From positions 1-36,667 of the IMG/VR virus record IMGVR_UViG_3300040971_000374: a stretch of 36,667 nt of DNA; one strand, written 5' to 3'. Below, piece by piece: positions 1-8,502 of the stretch (positions within the stretch are counted from its first letter, which is position 1; every line of letters begins with the position of its first letter). The translations under genes were made by a program, and so were the position numbers. The stretch comes from a virus. Lineage: Duplodnaviria > Caudoviricetes. The notes under the pieces are model-generated. The model was not told where the DNA came from and searched no databases. It worked only from the letters and a program-made list of their open reading frames with translations.

Positions 1-639
1 ATGAACGCTAACAAGAGCCGAAAATCAGGATGCGATGCCTGCAGTGTGCAAAATGTCCAAGTCCAAATCATTCCGATCGGACTTGGACAAAACAGCATAA
101 AACGCTCACTGCGTATAGCATCCGGGCACAATATCCATTCTTTTGCGGAATTTGTGTCCAAGTGCTACGAAAAATGTCCAAGCCCGAGCAAATGTCCAAG
201 TCCAAATCCATGTCCAAGTCCAAATCCATGTCCAAGTCCGAGCGGGTTGAAATGTCCAAGTCCAAACTCTGGAGCATGTCCAAGTCCAAAATCTAAGAAG
301 CAGATTGAAATGGAAGGTTATGAAATGGAGAACGACTCAACAATGATCTGGCTGCCCTTGGCGAGGGTAGCTGAGATAACCGGTAAATCGGTAAAGACGA
401 TACGAAGGCTGGTGAAGGAAGGCAGCATGGCAGCGGTTAACAGAACTGTAGCCAGTGGCAAGACCCATACCACCAAGACCTTTATCTTCGCACACGGTGA
501 GCTGCTCGATACCGAGATGGCTTACCGCACTCAGCGTGGTCAACAAGCTGTTAACCTTGCTCCGGAGAGAATGACTTTCTGCTCCGAGGTTCGGGACTGC
601 CTGTTTATCACATCATATACTAAGGTAGGAGAGGCGTAA
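1..639 (+). CDS. Small HTH DNA-binding protein at the Mu ner-like position; true start probably ATG 325 (or 310/343)
   Basis: C-terminal part WLPLARVAEITGKSVKTIRRLVKEG is HTH-like. GGAAGG precedes ATG 325. Stop overlaps the transposase start (TAATG). The N-terminal CPSP repeats derive from a DNA repeat array and may be non-coding. Confidence 0.6.
   Translation: MNANKSRKSGCDACSVQNVQVQIIPIGLGQNSIKRSLRIASGHNIHSFAEFVSKCYEKCPSPSKCPSPNPCPSPNPCPSPSGLKCPSPNSGACPSPKSKKQIEMEGYEMENDSTMIWLPLARVAEITGKSVKTIRRLVKEGSMAAVNRTVASGKTHTTKTFIFAHGELLDTEMAYRTQRGQQAVNLAPERMTFCSEVRDCLFITSYTKVGEA
54..287. repeat. Array of TGTCCAAGTCC motifs (9 copies, one inverted); putative operator/transposition enhancer
   Basis: Copies start at 54, 155, 175, 193, 211, 229, 253 and 277; inverted copy GGACTTGGACA at 79-89; two copies carry a single mismatch. 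Confidence 0.85.
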
Positions 640-2702
640 TGGAATCCTATGACGATATCTTAAACAGCATAGACAAGGAAGCCTATAATCGGGAAGCCGA
701 GAAGATCATGGCATTGGTGAAAGCCGGACACAAGTTCGAGTTTATCAAGAAACCAGCCGATACCAAGAAATATATCCGAACGGAGATAATTGAGCCTGAG
801 CCGAAGGTTCAAGAGAATCTCCCAGCCCCGGTCACCGTATCTCAGCCAGTGCCGATTCCCGAGCCTGAGCTTCCCAGTCCTATATATGAGGAAGAGGATG
901 AAGACTTCAATCTGGAGCCGGAATCGAAGGAACTGCTCAGCTGCATGGGTGAAGCCCAGTTGTATGCCAAGTTCTGTGAGACTGCCTTGGAGATAGTTGA
1001 AAACAGTGAGCAAAAATTGGAAGCCTGGATTCAGATAGCTGCCGACTACAATAATGGCAGACTGGTGCCGGAGCTTTATGCATTCAGAGGGAAACGAACA
1101 GAGCGATCCCTTAGAAAGTGGGTAGATCTATATCTCGGTACTGACCGGGATATGTTCGCATTGATCCACAAGAACAGATTCCAGACCCGGGGACGCAAGG
1201 TAACCTATCTTGAACAACACTTTCTACTCAAGATGCTACTGTGTCCCAATAAGATTAAGATCGGTTCCGCTATCGCAGCACTGAAGAGCTATGCCAGGTT
1301 AGGCTCTCTGGAATCGCCAAGCTCAGTTCCCACCCTGAAGAGATGGTGTAAGGACTGGGAAATGAACAATAGAGCTATCTGGACTCAAGCGAGACTTGGC
1401 AGCAAGGCAGTGGCTGAGGACATCGTAAAGACCATCTTGCGAGACAACAGCCTGCTTAACGTGGGAGATGTCTGGGTGGCTGATGGTCATACCCTCGCCT
1501 TCGATATTATCAATCCCAAGACCGGGAAAGCTCAACGCATGACCATGATCATGGTAATCGACTGGGCATCCAGATATCCGGTGGGAGCATCGCTTGCCTA
1601 TACAGAAGATAGCCAGCATGTACAACTCGCTTTCAGAAATGCCTTCCTCAACTATGGAGGAGTACCCAAGTATGTCTATCTCGATAACGGTAAAGCCTTC
1701 CGCTCAAAGCTGTTCAATGAGAAGTGGCAAGAGCATGACCTCTCCCATGAACTATCGGGTATCTTCCCAAGATTGGGAGTGCAGGTAGCCTTCGCTGAGA
1801 GCTACAATGCCAAAGCCAAGGTCATCGAGAGGTTCTTCAAGACCTTCCAAGAACGCTTTGAACGCTTCGTATCTTCATTCAGAGGTGCTTCCGTAGCCGA
1901 TAAACCTGCCACTCTGATGCGTAACGAGAAGTGGGCAAGAAAGATGTTCGAGTGTAGTCCTCCCACTCTTCAAGAAGCTATGCAGATGATCGGATTCTTT
2001 ATCCGGCACTTCTATGGCGAATCACCCCATCTGGGACTGAAAGGCATGACCCCCTGGCAACTTTACTCTAATAGCCCGGTACCCCCGGAACAGAGAGTTG
2101 AAGCCAAACGGCTCAACTTCATGATGATGTCCGCAGTCCGCAAGACACTGCGTAATAACGGCATCATGCTCAATAAACTGCAATACTGGGATACTGCCCT
2201 GATGGAGCATATCGGCAAGGAAGTGGTAATCAGGTACGATCTGGCAGATCTCAGGTGGATCGCCATCTATGACATGCAAGACAACTTCCTCTGCCAGGCT
2301 GAGGTGCGTCGGGCTCAAGACCCCTTCATCCACCTCGATAAAGACAATCCTATCTCGCACTCGGAACTCAATAAAGAATACAAGGCTATCAAGCGGCATC
2401 AGCGGCAGATTGCCACCCGCACCAAGATGGTGGTTAAGGCATCGCAGGATGTGGTTCATCGCTTAATGAAGCCACTCCCGGCCCTGGAAAGCAATCCCAC
2501 CTTTATTCAAGCTCCCATCCTGACTCAACCTACCAGAGAAACGGAAGAGCTGATGCAGAGACTTGAACAGCAGGTGATCAAGCAGATACCTGCTCCGCAA
2601 ACCGAGCCACAGATAGTGGAGATACCAACCCTGATAGATGGCGAGATCAAACCCAAACAAAAGAGCTTCGATGAGATGCTCAAGTTTATCGGAATCAAGT
2701 AG
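639..2702 (+). CDS. Mu-like DDE transposase (MuA-like)
   Basis: 687 aa; DDE triad contexts WVADGH, YLDNGKAF and KVIERFF; Mu transposase C-terminal-like VVIRYDLADL; followed by an ATPase. Confidence 0.93.
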   Translation: MESYDDILNSIDKEAYNREAEKIMALVKAGHKFEFIKKPADTKKYIRTEIIEPEPKVQENLPAPVTVSQPVPIPEPELPSPIYEEEDEDFNLEPESKELLSCMGEAQLYAKFCETALEIVENSEQKLEAWIQIAADYNNGRLVPELYAFRGKRTERSLRKWVDLYLGTDRDMFALIHKNRFQTRGRKVTYLEQHFLLKMLLCPNKIKIGSAIAALKSYARLGSLESPSSVPTLKRWCKDWEMNNRAIWTQARLGSKAVAEDIVKTILRDNSLLNVGDVWVADGHTLAFDIINPKTGKAQRMTMIMVIDWASRYPVGASLAYTEDSQHVQLAFRNAFLNYGGVPKYVYLDNGKAFRSKLFNEKWQEHDLSHELSGIFPRLGVQVAFAESYNAKAKVIERFFKTFQERFERFVSSFRGASVADKPATLMRNEKWARKMFECSPPTLQEAMQMIGFFIRHFYGESPHLGLKGMTPWQLYSNSPVPPEQRVEAKRLNFMMMSAVRKTLRNNGIMLNKLQYWDTALMEHIGKEVVIRYDLADLRWIAIYDMQDNFLCQAEVRRAQDPFIHLDKDNPISHSELNKEYKAIKRHQRQIATRTKMVVKASQDVVHRLMKPLPALESNPTFIQAPILTQPTRETEELMQRLEQQVIKQIPAPQTEPQIVEIPTLIDGEIKPKQKSFDEMLKFIGIK

Positions 2703-2710
2703 GAGGAATC

Positions 2711-3427
2711 ATGAAACAGAACAAGCTCGTAAAGATAAGCAACGTAGTGGAAGCCGACCAGTGCATCCAATACCTGTTACGCAGACCCAAGATGGAGATG
2801 GTGGGACTGGGATTGATCTATGGCAGACCGGGACTCGGTAAGACCACTTATGCCCAACGTATCGCCTTCCAGAGGAACTATATTTACCTCAGGCTGGAGT
2901 CGATGACCACTCCCAAGGCATTCTCCACTATGCTATTAACCGCACTCTACCGCAAGTTCGATCTCGGTAACTTCATACCTACCGGATCGACCAATAACCT
3001 CTTCAAACTCAGCATGCAGATATTGGATGAGCATCCTGATACGGTGATCATCATCGATGAGATTGACTATGCCTTCAAGCTCGATAAGCTCCTGGGGGCA
3101 ATCCGGGACATCGTGGATGAGACCTTAACCATTATCATCCTAGTCGGGATGCAGAATGCCAAAGACCGCCTCTCGCAGGTAAGTGAATACTACTTCGACC
3201 GCTGTAATGCCTTCCATGAGTTCAAACCGCCTACCAAGCTCGATCTCAGGCTCTTAGCCGATGAGATCATGGATATTCCCATAGATGCTTCTGGTATCGA
3301 ACGTATCTTTGAACATGCCAAGGGCAGCTTGAGACGTGCCATCAAGATCATGCATGGGATGGAGACAGGCGAATTTGACATCAACACTGAAACCGTTCCG
3401 GCACACCTGCTTGAGGAAGTCCAATGA
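2711..3427 (+). CDS. AAA+ transposition ATPase (MuB-like)
   Basis: Walker A GRPGLGKT, Walker B IIIDEID; AGGAGG RBS; directly after the transposase. Confidence 0.9.
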   Translation: MKQNKLVKISNVVEADQCIQYLLRRPKMEMVGLGLIYGRPGLGKTTYAQRIAFQRNYIYLRLESMTTPKAFSTMLLTALYRKFDLGNFIPTGSTNNLFKLSMQILDEHPDTVIIIDEIDYAFKLDKLLGAIRDIVDETLTIIILVGMQNAKDRLSQVSEYYFDRCNAFHEFKPPTKLDLRLLADEIMDIPIDASGIERIFEHAKGSLRRAIKIMHGMETGEFDINTETVPAHLLEEVQ

Positions 3428-4089
3428 CCACTAAAGACTTGGCATTAAACTTTGTGAGCCAGTTCAACAAGCCCTTTGATCTGAATGTGATCTCTGCCCT
3501 CATTGACAGGGACCCGGAAGATGTGAAGCCAGTGCTTGCTGAACTGCTCACAGCCAAGCAGATTAGACTGGTCGATCCTGAGCAGGGCATCTATGTGCGG
3601 AACAATCGCTATAATGCGAAAGTCGGATACAATCAGAAAGGCTATTGGAGATTCGATCCCAGTGAAGCAACAGCATTACTGGACATTGTCGAAGCAGGCA
3701 ACTATGGCTCTGTCAGGGCGATAGCCCAAGCCATCGGCAGGAGCCGTCAGTGGGTCTTTGTCTATATGGAAGCTCTGGCATCCATCGGCTGTGTAGGGGT
3801 GGAAGGTAAGCAGTATAAGGTTCTCAACCGGGACAGGGTAAAAGAAATCGGGAAGCACATCGAACCGGGTATCCTGGGCAATCTTAAACCCAAATTGAGT
3901 GAAGCAGAAAAGCTCAGGAGGGCTGAGGAGAAAGAACAAAGGCATCAAGAACGGTTGCAGAAAAATGCTGCTCGTGAACAAGCATTGAAAGAGAAGCTGA
4001 TTGATCAAGCCTGGATAGAGTTTAGGGAATCTACCTTGTTCTGGCGCATAACATTCGATACATTCCTCAAGAGAAAAGGGCTGGAGTAA
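3424..4089 (+). CDS. Hypothetical phage protein with HTH-like segments
   Basis: ATGA overlap with the ATPase gene; SVRAIAQAIGRSRQWVFVY is HTH-like; charged C-terminal helix. Confidence 0.65.
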   Translation: MTTKDLALNFVSQFNKPFDLNVISALIDRDPEDVKPVLAELLTAKQIRLVDPEQGIYVRNNRYNAKVGYNQKGYWRFDPSEATALLDIVEAGNYGSVRAIAQAIGRSRQWVFVYMEALASIGCVGVEGKQYKVLNRDRVKEIGKHIEPGILGNLKPKLSEAEKLRRAEEKEQRHQERLQKNAAREQALKEKLIDQAWIEFRESTLFWRITFDTFLKRKGLE

Positions 4090-4107
4090 GCCCTCAGGGA
4101 GCATTCT

Positions 4108-4554
4108 ATGGATCAGGAACTACGGGAACGAAAACTACGTCAACAAATCCACGCTATCAGGGTCAAGAAGTTCCACTGGCCCCTGGATGCTTTCAAATAC
4201 ATCATGAATGGTCTCGGCTTCGGAGAGTCCTTATCGGCATTATCAGAAGAGAAGCTCCTTGAGCTGAAGTCACTCATGATCAAATACCGTAAGCATGGCA
4301 GACCCCTTGAATTCAACTATGACAGGCAGGGTAAATACATGCATTGCCTGATGAAGTCTGCCGGATGGAAAGAGGCTGATTTAAGAGCCTTTATGATCAT
4401 CCACTACAAAAAGACGCACTGGAACCTGCTGGATACAAAAGAACGCAGAGCCATCATCGCCATGTTCCAGTCCTATATCAAGAAGCAATCAACTCAATCT
4501 ACTAATGCTCAAGACAATAAAGAAATCGATCCTAAGGAGGATTCACATGAGTAG
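4108..4554 (+). CDS. GemA/gp16-like Mu phage protein
   Basis: RKLRQQIHAIRVK...GESLSALSEEKLLEL pattern resembles Mu GemA; position in the early region fits. Confidence 0.55.
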   Translation: MDQELRERKLRQQIHAIRVKKFHWPLDAFKYIMNGLGFGESLSALSEEKLLELKSLMIKYRKHGRPLEFNYDRQGKYMHCLMKSAGWKEADLRAFMIIHYKKTHWNLLDTKERRAIIAMFQSYIKKQSTQSTNAQDNKEIDPKEDSHE

Positions 4555-5161
4555 AAAGTCTACTAAAGCCCCCAAAGAACGCACCCTTACCGATGCCCAA
4601 GGACGGGAGATATCTGTTAAGGTGCTCAACCAAGACATCATCGAACGGGAGACAGCCATCAATAAAGCGATGGATAGTGCTCTCAAACTGCAAGAACGTA
4701 TCATCGCAGACAAACAGAAGATCATCGGCATCGTCGAAGACTACCTGAGTGAAGCAGCCTGACGCAACGGACTCGAATGGAAGGGCAATGCCCTGCTGAT
4801 CAGCTTCAATGAGAAGTACCGCATCGAAATACGTTACCGGGAGAAGATTCAGTTTGGCATCGAACTACAACTTGCCAAGCAGAAGATCGACGAGTGCATC
4901 AAAGCCTGGTCAGTTGACTCCAGTGACAATCTCAAAGCCATAATCAATGAAGCCTTCCAGGTGGATAAACGTGGTCAGTTAGCCCGTTACCGTATCTTCG
5001 CCCTGCGCCGTTACAAGATCAAAGACCCAACATGGAAAGAAGCAATGGAACTGATCGACAAAGCTATCATGGTAACTTCCACAAAGCAGTACATCTCTTT
5101 TGCTGTCCGGGATGATGCCGGGAACTACCACAAGGTCGTGCTTAACTTCAGTGCCCTGTAA
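4547..5161 (+). pseudogene. DUF3164-like Mu-phage protein interrupted by one in-frame TGA at 4760-4762
   Basis: AAGGAGG RBS and ATG 4547. After the TGA the same frame stays open (RNGLEWKGNALL...AKQKIDECIKAW...EAFQVDKRGQL...WKEAMELI) to TAA 5159-5161, joining the two ORF-track fragments. Confidence 0.8.
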
Positions 5162-5163
5162 TT

Positions 5164-5204
5164 CTGTCGCATCCTTATGCAGCAGTTTTTGACCTAATAC
5201 AGGG
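5164..5204 (+). promoter_or_regulatory. Putative activator-dependent late promoter, copy 1
   Basis: CTGTCGCATCCTTATGCA-N6-TTTG-N3-TAATACAGGG; shared with 16381 and 20496. Confidence 0.7.
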
Positions 5205-5212
5205 GGCTACAA

Positions 5213-5458
5213 ATGATGACCGCAGTAATGACACAAGAATACGAGGTAAACGTGGATAGTTTCAATGACCGATACTACAGACCGGATGAGATAGCCGACA
5301 TGCTGAATGTCGACCGCTCCACCGTCTATCGTATGATCAAGGATATTGCCGATCCTCTTCCCGCTTACCGCATCAATGACAAGGGACCGCTTAGGGTTCA
5401 TGGTAAAGACATCAACAAGTATCTGGAAAGCCACAAGGTAAGACCTGAGTATGAGTAA
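5213..5458 (+). CDS. Excisionase-like HTH (HTH_17-type) DNA-binding protein
   Basis: YYRPDEIADMLNVDRSTVYRMI motif; 81 aa. Confidence 0.8.
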   Translation: MMTAVMTQEYEVNVDSFNDRYYRPDEIADMLNVDRSTVYRMIKDIADPLPAYRINDKGPLRVHGKDINKYLESHKVRPEYE

Positions 5459-5900
5459 CGCTCTTGAGTTCCGTATCAAGCGGGATAACTGCAAAGCTAC
5501 TTATCTCAATGGTAATACCGATCCCACTGAGCTGGCGGTGATCTTCGGGGTCTCCGACATCACCGTCCGCAAGTGGATCAAGAGTGGCAAGTGGGATGAG
5601 TTGTTCAAGGAAGAGCGTAAGCTTGACCATGAGATCAGCTTAGCCCGCAAGAAGGCACTCATCCAGGCACTTCGTGAGTATGCCAAGAACCCGGCAGATA
5701 CAGCGTTACAGAGCTTGGTCTCACTCATTAAACAGAACCAGAAAGACTCTGAGCCTGCCAAGGAACTGAACGACTATATCGTACGCTTCCTGGATCAGGT
5801 AACCGACTTTATGATCGAGAAAGGACATGAGACAATGCTGAAACAGTTCCAGGGTATAGTCCTTGACCTTGCTGAGTACTTAAGAGTAAGAAATGGATAA
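5451..5900 (+). CDS. Probable terminase small subunit (N-terminal HTH)
   Basis: ELAVIFGVSDITVRKWIKSGKWDE HTH plus helical body; immediately upstream of the large terminase. Confidence 0.65.
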   Translation: MSNALEFRIKRDNCKATYLNGNTDPTELAVIFGVSDITVRKWIKSGKWDELFKEERKLDHEISLARKKALIQALREYAKNPADTALQSLVSLIKQNQKDSEPAKELNDYIVRFLDQVTDFMIEKGHETMLKQFQGIVLDLAEYLRVRNG

Positions 5901-6018
5901 TTATACAGCCACGGACATGGTTGCCTCCAAACCAGACCTGCCTACCCTCCAAACCCTCCATGCCTACAGATCAAGCGGAGCCGTCGCCTCCGGCTCCGCT
6001 GATCCTTCCGGACCCTAA
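5893..6018 (+). other. 41-codon ORF in frame with the large terminase, containing a GC-rich hairpin
   Basis: ATG 5893 overlaps the previous stop; open to TAA 6016-6018, then GTT ATG(6022) in the same frame; inverted repeat AGCGGAGCCG/CGGCTCCGCT at about 5974-6000. Confidence 0.45.
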
Positions 6019-6021
6019 GTT

Positions 6022-7575
6022 ATGTCCAAGAAGTTCATTCAGCGACATAACAAGGCACTGGCGGAGATCGCTTCCAAGACGATCTCCGTCTTGCCTTTTA
6101 TAGACGATAATCCCGAAGCCAAGACTGATAGGATCAGGAGAACCAACGGAGCGGGCTGGTATGCCTTCTCGTTCTTCTGCCATACCTACTTCCCGCATAT
6201 CTTCCCACTACCTTTTTGCCCAGCACATGAGACTATGTTCGATGAGACTGATAAGGGCTCAGGTATCATCGGAATCACAGGTTTTCGTGGGCTGGGCAAA
6301 ACGGTACTCATGGGAGTGGTCTATCCGATCTGGAGGATCATCAAAGGTGAACGCTATGTGATCCACACTGCAGCAGACGTAGATCTGGCACAGGAGCGGA
6401 CTGCCTTCACCTTACATGAACTGCAGAACAATAAGCGGCTCACGATGGACTATCCTGAGCTGCAGCCAGTGGATGCCTTTGATCTGGACTTCTATCTCAA
6501 GAATAAAGCCAGGATACGAGCCAGAAGTATCAAGCAGAGTCATAGAGGTACTATCAATCCCAAGACTGCCAAACGTCCCGGTTTGATTGTATGTGATGAT
6601 ATCGACAAAGAAGAGAATATGGGTAACCAGTCCATTGGTAAGAGACGCATGGAGAAGATCACTCAGGAGCTTGCCGGAGCACTCTCACCTGAGGGAAATG
6701 GCAAGATCATCTGGCTCGGTAACCTGGTACATCCCAATTACTCCATCTGCCAGTTTCAGGAGCTCATATTAGGCGATTTACGGGCAGATAATCCAGAATT
6801 AGACATAGCATACCAGATCGCATTAAAGACCCACCAAAAGGCGATATTGCGCTTCTCTCTCGAAGATATGCATGGCAAGTCCATCTGGGAAGAGCAGTAT
6901 CCTACTGCCACTCTTCCAAACCTGCGAGCCAAATTCGGGCATACCGGTTATCAGAGGGAGATGTTAGGACAGCCGGTAATCGAAGGCAACATCTTCAAGA
7001 ACCACTGGTTCACCAGGTATAGAACCCTTCCCGACCCATCCCAGATGAAGCGGGTCTGGCTCTATGCCGATCCTGCCTGGGGAGAGAAGGGCTGTTACAA
7101 AGCTGTTATCTCCATAGGCTATGACGGTAATCGTTTCTACGTGCTTCATGTCTGGATACGTCAGACCGAGAACACCAAGTTCTTCAGATACTACTACGAT
7201 GCCTATCAGGAATTGGATCGAATCTACAGGGTCAAAGCCCGGGCAGCCTGTGAAACCACCTACGGTCAGGCACGTATCCTTGCAGACTTTGATCGGTGGG
7301 CTACTGACAATCATCTGCCTCCCATATCGCACAGAATCAAGCGGATAGATAACAAAGATAACAAGAACCTTCGCATAGAACGAACTGAGACAATCATCGA
7401 GACAGCCAAGATACTCTTTCCGGAGAACCAGGACACACCAACCCTGATCAGTCAGTTCCTCACTTATCCTGATGGCTATATTGATGGTTGTGATGCACTG
7501 GCAGGTTGTCTGGAACGGTTCTCTGAATACGACATTGGCAGAAACAGAGTTAAAGTCCGGAGGTTCTCCTTCTGA
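6022..7575 (+). CDS. Terminase large subunit
   Basis: Walker A-like GFRGLGKT, Walker B LIVCDDID, nuclease motifs YADPAWG and DGCDAL; YQREMLGQP. Confidence 0.88.
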   Translation: MSKKFIQRHNKALAEIASKTISVLPFIDDNPEAKTDRIRRTNGAGWYAFSFFCHTYFPHIFPLPFCPAHETMFDETDKGSGIIGITGFRGLGKTVLMGVVYPIWRIIKGERYVIHTAADVDLAQERTAFTLHELQNNKRLTMDYPELQPVDAFDLDFYLKNKARIRARSIKQSHRGTINPKTAKRPGLIVCDDIDKEENMGNQSIGKRRMEKITQELAGALSPEGNGKIIWLGNLVHPNYSICQFQELILGDLRADNPELDIAYQIALKTHQKAILRFSLEDMHGKSIWEEQYPTATLPNLRAKFGHTGYQREMLGQPVIEGNIFKNHWFTRYRTLPDPSQMKRVWLYADPAWGEKGCYKAVISIGYDGNRFYVLHVWIRQTENTKFFRYYYDAYQELDRIYRVKARAACETTYGQARILADFDRWATDNHLPPISHRIKRIDNKDNKNLRIERTETIIETAKILFPENQDTPTLISQFLTYPDGYIDGCDALAGCLERFSEYDIGRNRVKVRRFSF

Positions 7576-8450
7576 TGAACTACTATGATCAGCTTATGCT
7601 TGAATACTACCGGGTCCTGAATAATGCCTGGAAAACCGAGATCAGAGACGCTACCCGACTTGCCATACAGATGCTGAGTGATATGCCACGAGCTGAGAAG
7701 ATTGACAAGGACTCCATAGAAAAGCTAATGAGCATCATCAATACCCAGTTGGGAGATGACTTCGCAGCCCTGGTCAATGAGCCCACCAAAGCGATAATAG
7801 ACCGCTGTGTGCGGCTCGGACTGAGGGACACCCAAGTGCAAGCTCCCACAAAAGCCAGCATCGGTCTCTGGGGCATCGAAGATCAGCATCTCTCCTCCAC
7901 CATTCAAAAGCAGCAGTTATTCTGGATAGGCAATCACTTTGAAGCCGATGTGAGGCAGAACTTCGCAGACACTCTCTCCAAGGCTATCGAGCAGGGATAT
8001 ACGAAAGAGATGCTGGCTGATACCCTCAAACAGCAGTTCGGTGACATCGCAGAGAAGTCCTCCCACTACTGGCAGGGACTGGCAGAACATACTTCACTAA
8101 GGATCAGGGAGTTCGGAAGGCTGCAAGGTTACAAGAAAGCCAGAGCCAGATACTACAAGCTTGTGGTGATCCTGGATGACCGCACCAGTGACATCTGCCG
8201 GGCTCTGGCTGCCCAAGACAAAACATACCCTCTAAACGATGCTCTGGAAGTGATGGATAACCTCATGGCTCTGGATACCAAGTCCAACAGCCTGGATGAT
8301 GCCAGAGACTACATCAAAGCGCTTACACCGTGGGTTAGTAAAGATCAGATTGTTTATAACAGCAGTGATGAACCCATCGGTGTCTCAGGAGCACATACTC
8401 CCTTCCCACCGTTTCATTGGAAGTGTAGGACGACGACAGCCTGCTCATAA
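7575..8450 (+). CDS. Phage head morphogenesis protein (MuF / SPP1 gp7-like)
   Basis: DDRTSDICRAL and PPFHWKCRT motifs typical of MuF; TGATG coupling to the terminase. Confidence 0.85.
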   Translation: MNYYDQLMLEYYRVLNNAWKTEIRDATRLAIQMLSDMPRAEKIDKDSIEKLMSIINTQLGDDFAALVNEPTKAIIDRCVRLGLRDTQVQAPTKASIGLWGIEDQHLSSTIQKQQLFWIGNHFEADVRQNFADTLSKAIEQGYTKEMLADTLKQQFGDIAEKSSHYWQGLAEHTSLRIREFGRLQGYKKARARYYKLVVILDDRTSDICRALAAQDKTYPLNDALEVMDNLMALDTKSNSLDDARDYIKALTPWVSKDQIVYNSSDEPIGVSGAHTPFPPFHWKCRTTTACS

Positions 8451-8502
8451 AAAAAGTCCTGGACATTTTTTGCCCCTCGTAAAGAATGGCTTTGAGGTTA
8501 AA

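Noticed and set aside
30-296. ORFs 30..296 (+) and 68..289 (-)
   Set aside because: Low-complexity translations (MSKSKS, LDMDLD) of the same DNA repeat; no RBS or domain support.
4760-4762. Selenocysteine or genome-wide TGA recoding
   Set aside because: Many genes end in TGA with ATGA/TGATG coupling; there is no redox-motif context or evident SECIS.
8296-8502. N-terminal extension of the C5 methylase as given in the ORF track
   Set aside because: It overlaps the MuF gene; motif I begins right after ATG 8503, which has its own RBS.
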